Positions 51,001 through 63,470 of a stretch of DNA of 64,000 nt are shown here, piece by piece. The stretch's first letter is position 1; each line of letters starts with the position of its first letter. The notes beneath the pieces are model-generated. The model was not told the origin of the DNA. It did not search any database and saw nothing but the letters and a program-made list of their open reading frames with translations. The stretch is from Podarcis muralis (lineage: Eukaryota): NCBI RefSeq assembly GCF_964188315.1, contig NC_135659.1, positions 22,940,001 through 23,004,000 of the forward strand. The letters are read 5' to 3'. Made by a program: the position numbers and the translations under genes.

Positions 51001-54000
51001 GTTAGGTTCCCTGCTGGCCTTGATCCGAAACTCTTACATAGGCAATTGGTTGTCCTCCTGCTTCAGAGAGCTGCTCTAAATGAGCCCCCTCAGACTCCAC
51101 TAGCTGGGGTACTGGTGCCCTTTTCTCCTGTCCGTTTCCAGTTCAAAAGGAGGAAACTATGAGGTACCTTCCTCACAGATCTCTGAAGCCAGGCACATAC
51201 CTCTGATATCAGAAAGATAATTCCTTGTCTCTATCAAGCGCTAATTAGCAGATGATGCTCTGTTTAAAAGACCTGCGCTTGTCGGATGTGTTAATTGTAT
51301 TGAGCAGGGCAGTATGAGCGGCTGTCTTGTTACTTGTCATACACACGTAGTTAGTATTAGTGCAGCATAATTAAGTTCAAAGGAATCAATCTTTTCATTT
51401 CACTTAGCACCAAATGACTTTAAAAGGGATGTGAGCATTATATTGTATGTCCATGCATGTTTCTGGATGCTGTATTCATTTATGAAATAAGGTATTTGAA
51501 ACATTGTGCATGAGAGCAAAATAAGTTGCGATTGACACCTCACCCTATCCTGATTATTTTTAAAATTTAGATTAACGTGGATCTGTTGTATTTCTATTGC
51601 ACAAAATATACTTTAAATTGCTAAAAAAAAAAATCTCTCTGTATAAATGATAGAAGGCATTGTGGTGGATAGAGGAGATTCTAATCCAAGCACAAAAGTT
51701 TGTTTGTTTGTTTAAGTAATACAATACAGGGGTCTCAGATGTGCAATTAAAAAACATAGAACCTCCTCAGCAGATCATGGTTTTAAGACAATTTGGTAGC
51801 TAATGACCATAGAGTGAGGCTATATTTATGATAAATGTTGATCTGGGAAATTGACAATGATGCTCCCTCAACAATGTCTGAAGGAAATGGTTGTTGCTGT
51901 AGTGTAACATATTTTTTTTGAGACTATGCAGTATATTGTACTTGACTAATGATGTTCTATTTGAAGGAAGGAATTGGCAAACAAGTACCATCTATAGTTT
52001 ATGTGCACAGAATCGTGCATTGGCAAGGAGCTGGAGTTGATAGCTGATTAGGAAAACACATTTAACTTCATGACCTTATGGCAGTCTTGCAGAATTTGTA
52101 ACCCAACAATGCATGGCAGCCTACTATGGACAAAAATGTGGGATAATAAAGTAAAAAACAGTATCAACAGCAACAATTATAATAATGCTGTGCTGCAAAA
52201 ATAAAAAAAAATAGGGCTATCAATCCCCTGGCAGCCTACAATACAGAACTGGTAGGCTGAATTTGGTTTGGTCAGTCCAATTTATGAACTATATTCTGGT
52301 CTAAAGGGCTGGTTTAGGATTTATTTCCTACATGGACAACTCTTCTGTGCAGGAAATTGCATGAACTCTATGTGTACATTATTACAGATCCTAAATACAG
52401 ATTTTTCTTTTTCGTGTTCTATGCACAGTTGGTACCCTGCTGAGTTGTGGTAAAAAAGCTAGGAGTGTGTTAACTGCAGGTGAGTTTCCTGCATGTGGAT
52501 GGTGTGTGTTGAAAGTTCATCACACCTGGAGTGGCCCTATTTTGTGAAATTCTCTACATTTGTATTTGGGCAAAGCTCAGTTTTCAGTAATCTTGATCTA
52601 TGATTGAGGTTTTGTCTAAAGCATTGCAACCTATGGAATCTAGTATGCATTGGGCTGTGTGAACAAACTTGTTCCGGGGGAATCTACTCTACAATGGAAA
52701 ATAGCTGCCAATTTCCACCTTTTTGTGATTTACAGGAGCACATATTGTGGCATATTTTAAAATCATTCTTTTCATTCTTTTGTGCAGCTGGTCTTTACGC
52801 CTGATATTTTCCTGTGGTCAATCTTACTTTGCTTTTTAACATTCCTGTGTATGTTTACACGTATCAATAAGGGAACAGAAACAAGGAGTACCAACATTGC
52901 TCTTGAATACATAGATGCTAATAAAGTTTTCAGATTCTGTAGGTTTGAGCATTCATACAATGGAATTTACTGGAATTAAATCAGTTCCATATTCTGTGAC
53001 TGCTCTATTACAGGGGTCTTCAACCAGTCCAAACTGAAGACACACTTTAGGAACATGGGATCCACTTTCACATTTGATTTATATTTAATAGTGCTAGTAT
53101 CTCACCACATATCAAACCCTGGGGGTATCAGCATGCTATTCTTTTTTTCAATAAAAGTGAACCAATATTTCCTATATTGTTGGTCAAACTTTTGAACCCT
53201 TTTAATAGTTGTATCCTGGTCTTTGATTTCCGGGTAATTTTTTAATTCAGGGGCAGGGGCTGTGGTCAATATTGAGCAAGAGGACAAGCCAGCACAGTCA
53301 TTCATGCTTGTGTTTTGTTACCAAAAAAGTATTTCTATCACTTCCAATGAAATGAGTCACCTCCTTTATTTCTCTATCCCTTGTTGCTGCCTTTTTCTCT
53401 CCCTACCTTCTGGCACTTTTTGTCCTCCATCACCTGCATTGCTTCTGTTTTCCTCTCCTCTCTTCTTCCATCTCCTCTTTGCCTCCTCCTTGCATTTTCT
53501 CAGTACTTTATCTGTTGTCACCACCTTTCACAATCTGTCTGTTTCCTCTTTCTCTCTGCACATGCCATCTTCTACATTCTCTTCACCTTCTCAAACTTTC
53601 TTCCTTTTACTTCATTTTACCTGCTCACTATTACATTTCTCCCCCCCTCTTGTTTTTGGCTTTTTCTTTCCTCACTTTCTTCCAGCTTGTGTCACCTTCT
53701 CTGCCACCTTTAATTCATTTCTCTGTGCCCTTTGTCCCCTTCCTAACGTCAACTTGCCTGAAATAAAAATGAGCAGGATTTCTCAGGGAGGTTCAGCACC
53801 CTCAGAACCTAATACAGATATCAGGTGTTCTTTGTTGCCCCTGTGTTGGATGATGATTTGAAGGAACTCCCCAGATTCTCCCTCACTGAATCAACATAAG
53901 AGTTGTCATTTCAAAACAACAACCATTTCCCCCCTCTTAATTTGCAAAGTGTTGCCATCTTATAATTCTTTTTTAAAAACCAACTAAATAAAGCTAATTT

Positions 54001-55856
54001 GCATTCCAAATCAACCCTGACATACTAAAGTTGCATGCTTATTTGAGAATAAGTCCCATTAAAATAAATGGACCTTACTTCTGAGTAGACATGCATTAGA
54101 TCTGCATATTAATTTAAGATTAATGAATTAATCTGGAGAGCTGAGTCTCCGCTCCCTTTCCTTCTTTACTTTTTTTGTCAGCTTCAGTAGATGAATCCCC
54201 CCCCCCTCTCAGAACCACCTCCCTATCTGTCCTCTCCTTGTATCAATGTGACTGAAATCAAATGTACACAGAATAAATCAAAATGCTTCAGTAACCTCAC
54301 AACCTAATCTACACAGCAATTGTTTGCTGCTGTCCTCAGCCACTGAATAGGGAGTAAGTCCCATTTAACTAAATTGACCTTACTTCTAAGTACTATTGGC
54401 AGGCAGGGGGCAGGTGCATAAGAGGCCTGAGTGTGCAAGATGCCTGGCTGCCTAGTCAGTGTATAAAGCAAGCATTGCAGTGAATCCCTAGCCATGTCTA
54501 CTCAGAAGGAAGCCCTGCTGAATTCAATGGGGCATATTCCCAGGTCAGCGGGATCGGCATTGCAATCTTACTCCTGAATGAACAAATGATTTGACTGAAA
54601 CTCTTCAATAATCCTGTGAGACCTGCTCTCCAGTAAACACATAGCAATCCAAATCAGGCTGTAAAGTCACAATCCTATGTGACAGCAGTACAACACCTAT
54701 GCACTAACTTTAAACTGAGAGTAAAAAGGAAAAAGGAAAGTCCTATCGTAGCTGAACCCAGGTAGCTTTTACTCGCCAAGGAACCCTCCTCTGGAAATCT
54801 AGCTGCAGCAAGAGAAATCTATCCATGCTCATAATCAAAGGTGATGGGGAACTATAAAAATCTCAAGGGGACTGGACCCAAAATAGAGGGCACCCCCAAA
54901 ATTGAATATCTTAGGCATGGTTGCCCATTAAGCTCAAGTGGGATCCCCTGCTGTTCCTGTTCAACCCTTCTACTCCAAGTCAAGTGTCCAATGGAGCAGC
55001 AGTCCTTACTAGTGAGCAAACCCTCACATTTGAAGGTTTGCTCTCTAGAATTGGGGATGCCTGGATTCATTCCTGCCCTGAGCGAGTGCCCCACCAGTGC
55101 CATCAACAGAAACAATACCAGCCCCTCTTTTCTATGGAGAGGTATCCCATGGCTTCTGGGCATCCTGCCACAACCCATTCTGGGGCCATGGAAAATGGGA
55201 TGGATAGCCAGGCAGCATGTTCCCAGTAGGGAGTGGGGAGGAAATGGCAGTAAGGCTGGGAGGGTCAATGTGGGGAGGAAACGCTCTTACATAAGGGGGG
55301 GGGGGTAGCTGCAGTCTCCAGGCTTGGTTGAGGAGTCTTGCTTTGGTATGACCCACTTAGCATGGTCTTATGCCCACCTATGGGTCCTGAAGACCTGCAC
55401 TCTATTATATGTACTGGGCTACATATGGGTGGGTGCTGTGATCTGTGAGTCCTGTAATTTTTGATCCAATTATATAGATTCTCCAATGGAATCTCATGCT
55501 GGTGTTTCAATGGCTGTAATGGCGGGTTTTGGATGCATTGTTGGGAACTGGTGATTTCTTAGGGGTCTAGACCTAGAGCAATTGGCAATATCAAGGTGTG
55601 GTTTTTTTTGAAGGGGGAAAATGTCTAAAATATTGAGGATGGCCATCACAACCCTGTGTAGTCCTTATTCAAACTAGACGCTTAAGGCTTAGAACAAATG
55701 CATGTAAGGTGTGCAGATTCTCCATTGAAAAAGCTCACTCTGGCTCAGCTGGTACAACGAAGAGAAACGCTGGAAATGTCTCGCTTTTGTACTAAAGAGG
55801 TCTGAACAGCTGAAAAAAGGCAGAGAACGAAACGCCAGAATTAGAATGAAACTGAC

Positions 55857-56024
55857 CTATGCATACATTTTCATCGTCCAGTTTTGCCGCAGCATTTCTG
55901 TAGTAGCCCAGCCTGCACAACTCACAGTGCTGCCCTCTAGTGTTGTGTTTACAGCTCACACAAATGAATGCACTGAGCAGATCGATGTAACTGCACCGGT
56001 TGGAGTGGCCGAAGCATTCACAGT
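55857..56024 (-). CDS. NTNG1: Netrin-G1 laminin-EGF repeat LE2 exon (exon 8 equivalent), 168 nt
   Basis: ttcttccttgcaag|AC TGT GAA TGC ... TGC ATA G|gtcagt. Encodes (D)[55 protein letters not shown], with 8-Cys laminin-EGF spacing. CECFGH, YIDLL and HCELCRLG are NTNG1-type rather than NTNG2-type. Confidence 0.95.
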
Positions 56025-56689
56025 CTTGCAAGGAAGAACAAAAATGTACACAAAAGGGTATTCTGCAGCAGTTATAGCAATTCACATGCTCTTTTTTAAA
56101 AAATAAATGAAGCATGAATAGATTATGAATGAACAGCAGCACAACATGTTAATTAACGTTACAGTAGCGCACATGGACAACCACAGATGTCTGACTGTAT
56201 GAAGGTGGTATCTCTTCAGGCAGGTTAGAATGATTAGACATCCATTACATAGCACTGAGAGTAGTATTATAATCTGTAGGTCTAATGGAGCAGAAGCATT
56301 TGCAGCTGTAAACCTTTCATGGGTTTTGTGGGATGGCTTTTGCACAATGTGCAATCATAGCCTCCTTTAAAAAAATAAATAAATACAAAAACCCTGGTGA
56401 TTTTGCCAGAAGCTGAATGCATTATTGGGAATTTCTCATGATACATGTTGAAGGCTAAATGCACTTTTTTGGGTGGATAGGCTTGCCCTCCCCCTGATGG
56501 ACCACATTTGCAGCTTTGCTGTGCTTATTAGTCCACCTTTGCCTCTGGTGGCCCATGTGGCCTCCACAGGTTGGAGTGCCCTCTGCCGCAGCTGACATGT
56601 TTCAGCTATGACCCCTTCTGACAAGACATGGCCTAGTCCTAGTAATCCATTCTCTTGTAACCTCTTGGTTAGATTGCTTTGTGGCATTT

Positions 56690-57245
56690 TATAAGAGGCG
56701 GCCTTTGATTGTCTTTAGTTAGTTCAAAATACAGTTACTAAGATGATGAGAATGGGCGTTGGGTTCATACCTCATCAGTGCTTACATAGCTGCACTGGCT
56801 CCCAATCAATTTCTAGTTCAGTTCAAAGGATTAGTGAATTGAGCTGTGCATGACTTAAGTCTCGGGTACCTGAAGCTCACCTGACTCTACTTCAGCCTGC
56901 ACATACATTAAGGTAGTTTTCAGAGACTTTCCCTTAGGTATTCCACCATCTGAGGTGAGAAGGGTCTTTTTGGTGGTGATGCACCAGTTATGGAATGTTC
57001 TCCTTGTGGAGATTTGTTGGGCACTGACTCTGCTATCTTTCTGGCAATAGATGAAATCATTTTCATTTCCCCAGGCCTTTAAAACCATATTCATCCCTGG
57101 AGAATCTGATTTTATGCTATGCTTATATGAATTTTTAATTGTCTTTAGTTTTTTATTGTTTCTATTTTGTTTATATACGTTGTATATCTGCCCTGGAGAA
57201 TTCTTAGAAGGATGAGATAGAAATCCTTAAATAAATAAAACAAAC
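56690..57245 (+). mobile_element. L2 LINE 3' fragment
   Basis: ctgcactggctcccaatc (LHWLP motif), then ggtggtgatgcaccagttatggaatgttctcc, a T-rich 3' UTR and an aaataaataaa tail. Confidence 0.7.
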
Positions 57246-57961
57246 ATGTGTGGTATAAGTGGCGTTGCCACTTGGAATGTGAATGACTTTTATTTCCACC
57301 TTAATGTGTGGTGCCTCCCATCACATGTTCACTGACTGTTCCCCTCAAAATGCCCATCATGAATCGGGATGAATGGAACTGAGGGGATACTGATTGAAGA
57401 TGTTTGACAGCTAAAGAAGGAAGTGGATGCTTGATGTACATGCAACTGCCTGTTTTGGTAAACCTTGTGCCCTGGAGTATCATGGAGACTTATTTCCTTC
57501 AATAGACCAGGTTCCGGGTGCATGAAAGTAAAAATTCAACATGTGAACTAACTCTTTAGCTATGGAGAAGTCAAGGAAAATGCAAGATAGAAATCTGTCA
57601 CTGGGACAAGGCATTCAAATGACAGGTATCACCTCCTGCTGATAGAAAAATGTAGCCCAATGCCTTCATATTTATGTCTCTGCTGCGTTGGACCAAAATC
57701 TTATGCTTGCTAGTTACTAGCTGCAACATTTTCCTCTTTCTTGTTTTAGTATAGAATTCTGACAGCTCTGCAATAACTCCCATATTTTATTTCAAATTAA
57801 GTGTTAGTTAGAATTACCAGTCTACATTTAAATAGCTAGATGAAGCCATGCTCTTATCATACTATATTAGGCAAGAATGCTACATTTGCACAGTCAGCTT
57901 ATCACATGAAATGGCTATACAGACAATGCAAGAGAGTCGGAACTCTCTTATTAAGTGCTTA

Positions 57962-58138
57962 TGGGGAAGAGCAAAAGCTCAGTGATAGCTTTGTGTGCAG
58001 AAGATCCCAGGTTCAATCCAGGTGGGGAGAGAACCCTGTCTGAAGTTGAGGCACTGCAGCTAGTCAGCGAAGACAAGACTGAACTCATTGGACTAATGGT
58101 CTGAATTGGTTAATGGCAGCTTCCTAGGTTCCTATGAG
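57962..58138 (+). mobile_element. Degraded tRNA-derived SINE (Squam2-like)
   Basis: agctcagtg, tgcagaagatcccaggttcaatcc, and ggactaatggtctga...ggcagcttcctaggttcctatg. Confidence 0.55.
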
Positions 58139-60230
58139 GCATTTTACCAGTGGTGACAGGCATATCAAGTAACGTGCTCATCACTGGGTTAGCAGCTGAT
58201 TCACCTGACTGAATGACCCTGACCATCTTGGAGAGAACTTCTGGATACTGATTGTAATCAAGATGGGAAACTTGTAACAGTGAAGGGAAAAAAACCAGAA
58301 TGGAACAGAACCCAAGGCAACTTTTCCCAACCACATTAGCTTGGAACTTCCTGGAAGAAGAAAAAAGTTTTTCATCAATTATTCAATTTCTTAATTGAAG
58401 CTTTATAAAGAAGAGCTGTCCTTCCAGCTATGCTTTGAGCAGCTGTTGTCTTGAATTATTTCATTTTTTTAATACAGTGAGCCCCTGTTAGCTATTGAGT
58501 CCTGTCTGATGACTATCCTCAACCGGACACGGAATTAATGCATGTAATAAAGGCGGAGGAGTTTTCCATGACAGACCTCTTTCCCTTTGTGAATTTAAGA
58601 GAGTCATTTAGGAGGAAAACACTGGATTGTTAAGTACGAAGTCAATTGCTAATTAATGGCCTGATCTTTGAAATGGCAAAGCTGCTCAGCAAATTATAAT
58701 GTTGCCTCCTGTCGCCTACTCTGCCTCTTTATTAGTGACTCTGACTTTTCAAGCACATGACTAAGAGTATTTTGGACATGCTGAACAAGAATAAAGCCCT
58801 TCTGACGCACATTCGCTTTCACTTCAGGTTGGCAGTATTGGTTTCTCTCACCACAAGAGGATCTTTCATGGGAAACCTCACCAACATAAAGTAGAGTTGT
58901 CTGCACATCAGGTTGGCCATACCATGCATTTTTTACCTATCAACGCCAGCCTTCTCTTAAGCAAAAATGACAGGCACTTTAGAACCCAGACACCGGACAC
59001 TTTAACTATCAAACCAGAGCAGTATAGGTAGGACCTAGCAAAGCCAAAGGAAAGGGGCTCTTTTGACATTCAGGTAACATATGATGGAGAAATAAAGGAA
59101 TACTGTGAATTGACAGCACAGGTCTCTCAGCCCTAAGGTTTCTAGCTAAAACAGGTAATATGTCCCTTTTAGAGTCCCAAAGCAAAATGTAAGTGAACAG
59201 GTGTTGTTTCTTTCCTCACTGTAACGTTAAGCATACCTGTGGAGCTTGGGTTATTGTCCAAGCTCTTAAAGAGATACATTGTCCAGAAAAGAATACACCT
59301 GCCCTATTTTAACCTCAAATTAAATGCACAATATACTTTCATGCTCATTTCTCCAATATCCATGGGATCTGGCTTTTGTTACAATAGCGCAATTTCCTGT
59401 CATTCTGGCATGATTCACACTAAACCCATACAGGCCAAACCCATTGGCCAAACTCTAAGCCCATATTGCAAATAATTTCCACCACTCAGCAAACCAACAA
59501 CAATATGTTGCATAATTTTAAATTGAGAGGTAGTTAAAAGTTGTTGTTTTCAAAGAGTAGGTACTAAAAATTTCCATAGTGCTTGGAATATCTAAAATAG
59601 CATAGCAGTCATTACAAGTGACAACCACCACTATACAACCTCTGTTACTATAAGGCATGAACAATGTGAATTCTTCTTTAAAAATGGAAGTGATGCTACC
59701 ATTGTAACTGCATCACCAAAATAAACAGTTTGGGCACAATCTAGCCAATGCGAAGCATGAAACAAGTTCTATTGATTTCAGCCAGTTAGATTTACAGAGA
59801 AATCCTATGCATGTTTATTCAGAAGTAATTCCCATGTTCATTCAGAATTAATTCCCACTGTGTTCCTTGCTTATATTCCAGGCAAGTCTCCCACTGAAAT
59901 GAATGGGACCTAAAAGTATTTTATGGCTGGATTGTGTCCTTTGGATTCAAAGAACATGTCTTGAAATAATCAAGCTGTGCTTGGATGTAGGCTGAGGGAA
60001 AAACAATTAAACTTCCTTTGTAATTGGTTGACATACAAATAACATTTACATAATTACAGCAAAAAACCATATATTGCGGGGAGAAAAGAATAGTTCCACT
60101 ATGATATCCAGGAGGTGGGGGGTGGGTGTTATATTTAAATCAGGAACTGGAGATAGCGAAAATATCACAGTCCAGCTCCATGGTTCTTAGCAGCTGACAC
60201 CTTACAAAACCTGCTGTGCTAGGGCAGTAA

Positions 60231-60597
60231 GGTAAAAAGAAGAAGAGTAACTGACCCTTGGATGGTTACGTCCAGCCAAAGGCAACTATGGGGTGTGGTG
60301 CTCATCTCGCTTCATGCTGAGGGAGACGGCGTTTGTTAACAGACAGCTTTTTGGGTCATGTGGCCAGCATGACTAAATCGCTTCTTCTGGTGCAACAGAA
60401 CACCATCCCAGAAGCCAGAGTGCATGGAAAAGCCGTTTACCTTTCCTTGCACTGGTATGCTTTCAAACTGCTAGGTTGGCAGGAACTGGGACACAGAAAC
60501 AGCAGCTCACCCCGTTCCGCAGATTCAAACTGCTGACCTTCCGATCAGCAAGCCCAAGAGGCTCAGTGGTTTAGAGACCACAGTGCCACCTGCATCC
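60231..60597 (-). mobile_element. Older Sauria (Squam1) SINE copy
   Basis: gggtcatgtggccagcatgact, tgctttcaaactgctaggttggcagga and ctgaccttccgatcagcaagcccaagaggctcagtggtttag. Same subfamily as the 9096-9593 copy. Confidence 0.8.
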
Positions 60598-62796
60598 TTG
60601 CTAGGCCAGTAGCAGGTAAGGACCTCATTTTACTATTGTTCAAGAGAAGAGGGAGGCTGCCATCAGCCACTTCAAATACCATCTACAGCTGTTTCTGAAA
60701 TGGCCTTAGGGGAATGGGAACAACTGTTCCCCCAGTTACCAAAAGAGGTGTTGCTCTTTGTGGAAGAGAACCAGGTTGTTGGTTTTTCCCATGTGACTGG
60801 AAATTCCTGATGTTGCTGGAATAGCATGTCTACAGGTAATGGTAGAGCTCTGTCACCCTACTCCGGATACAAAATAGATAAAAACAAACAGTTGAAAGGC
60901 ATAAACTTCTTTTATCTGCGCAGTTTCCGTAGCACTGAGCTAGAAATGAGACAAATGAATTGGCCATCCATGCAACCAAGGAAATTTTGTGGACTTGTCT
61001 TTATACAAGCAAATGTCATTATTCTATAGGTAAATCTCGATATAATTTTAGTTTCTTAGAATATAGAATCTTCTGAGAACCATTATACACCTATAATTAT
61101 ATGGCTTGTTTGTATGTCTGATTCAATTTATTATTATTTCACAACTTTATCTGTAAACTTACAATCCCACTCCCCAGTTTGTTGTCACCTGGAAGAGGCC
61201 ACCATTTATATCTCCCAGCATTCTGATACACAGCACAGTGCCAGAAGACACAAAAGACACTCCCCCCCACACCCAATTTGGTGCTGCCTCTTTCAGCAAC
61301 CTGGTGGTGGTAACTAGGGGTGTGAACAACCACAGAAGAATTCCAAGGAAAATAGATGGTTCCCCCCACTTGGGATGTGCCAGATTTTAACCCCATCCTC
61401 CATATTTGTCCCCGAGTTTTCTGCTCAGCTTTTCTCACTAGCTTTTTGATTTAATTTGTTGTACTATTACAGACAAAAAATGGTGTGTTAACTCCACTTT
61501 TCCTTCCAGCAGCCCATTGCGGGGGAGTGGAACTTGGGATTTTCAATTTCAAAACAGCAGAAGGGAGAGGGATGTGAGAGCTCCAAAATGTTGTGCAGTG
61601 CCTCTGGTCCACTTGCCACAGCTATATCAGAGATATAACCTTCAGTCCACTGGAGCAGCTGCTCAGGGACAAAACAGACTATGGTCCTCACTTGCCAAAG
61701 GGTTACACTTTACTAAGTTACAGGTGCAATAAATCCCTTGCAATATTGTTCCATCTTTCCCCTCTTTTAATACTTTGTTATTCCTATAGAAGAACCACCT
61801 CTTCTGTTTTAGGTTGCGCTTAGCAGCTGAAGCAGCAATGGAGGGCTTGAAAATGCTCAATGGAAGGAAATCCCCAAAAATGAACATTTCCATTTCTTAC
61901 TACCATGGTAGTAACATTATCCTATGATGATATAAAAAACATTTTAAAACCACTGTCCCCACGCTATATCAAACTTTCTTATTCTTCTCTTGTACAATAT
62001 AAATATGGAAACAAATATATTTTTCATTATCAACTTAAAATTTCTACATTAGAAATAATCTACTCCAGGTTCATGGTGTGGGTCATTTATCCATCCCCTG
62101 GGGTAAAACAAAGGTCAAGGGTTGTTGTTGTTTTAAATCAGCCCATATGCCTTGGCAACTCTCATCCCATGACTAAGGACATATTGAGAACAATAGCTTG
62201 GCTTACACAAATATTGCAATGTGTTGTTCACATGCTTAAACAAATAAAATTGAGAAGTGAAAAATAGCAAAAATAGTTCTGGTCTATAAATGACAGATGC
62301 TCAGCTGGGACAGACTGTCTGGGAGCTGTCAAGGCAATTGTGCTATGCTTTTAAAATGTCAACATAATTCCATTATTTTGATAAAATATTGAAACCATAT
62401 CAGGGCACATGGAATCCAATAGATGCAGCCGGTTCACCAGGAAGTTCAAGGCTAGAATTTCCACCAAATTTTGCTTAAAGCAAAATTCAAGGGGAAAACA
62501 CACGATTCTGCTTAAGCAAAACAACCGAGGATGCTCAAGCAACTTCCCAAAAAGATGAGTGCAGTTTATTGTGTGTGTGGTGCAATACTGCTCACATCAG
62601 TTAAACTCCACTGAAAAGAAATGTGGCTACCAAAAAAAAATGCTGCAACTATTCATTTCAATGTACTTTGTGTGAGAATAATTTTTGGTGGACTGAACCC
62701 CATGTTTCCATAAAAGGTGTGAGAAAGTTTCACTGTGGGGTGGTGGTCGGGGAATGGATGTTATATATTGGCTATAACATTCAAGTGCAACTGAAC

Positions 62797-62957
62797 AGTT
62801 CCACAAGGACTTTTAACTGCACTCTCTTCTCTCTCAAACCCTTCAATCGGTTCAGGGGTTCCGCTAACTCTCCAGAGCAGATTTAGGGGTTGTGTGGAGA
62901 GATGGGAAGGTGGTGAAGTTCTACTGTGCAGTTAAAAGTCCTTGTAGTAGTGGAACT
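62797..62957. mobile_element. MITE-like element with a perfect 20-bp inverted repeat
   Basis: acaaggacttttaactgcac (62803-62822) and its exact reverse complement (62926-62945), with outer agttccac / gtggaact arms. Confidence 0.65.
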
Positions 62958-63144
62958 GCTTAGCTGGCTATTGCCCAATGATTGTTTTGTTTGTCAAAGG
63001 CATATAATGGAATCAATTCTGCATGATTCACTTGCCTGTACTTTACTGGATTATAGTTTCTCATTTACTGTATCAAATTAGTAACACAATCTAGAGGACA
63101 TCCCCCCCCCCCAACTTCTGTCAAAAATATGGCTGCTGTGATTT

Positions 63145-63150
<6 letters not shown>

Positions 63151-63230
<80 letters not shown>
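63151..63230. repeat. Compound (TG)19(TA)21 microsatellite
   Basis: Read directly. Confidence 0.95.
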
Positions 63231-63234
<4 letters not shown>

Positions 63235-63470
63235 CTGCTCATCAGTAATATATCCCTGGTGGCTTACAAACATGACACAACCTAGGAATCATTTTTATGT
63301 GCCCCTTTTGTGGTTCATGTCCTTAGCAATGCTTAATTCTTTCATTTGTGCTCACTAATGGGATGATACTAGACACCACATCACAGTTATTCCAGATTCA
63401 TACAGTGCAATCTGTTACACAACACAGGACAAACGCTAGGAAACCACTGTATGAATGCAAGAATTCCTAC

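Noticed and set aside
53262-53861. 199-aa and overlapping Phe/Leu/Ser-rich ORFs resembling a membrane protein
   Set aside because: Artefact of a roughly 430-bp C/T-rich low-complexity tract in which A-containing stop codons are rare.
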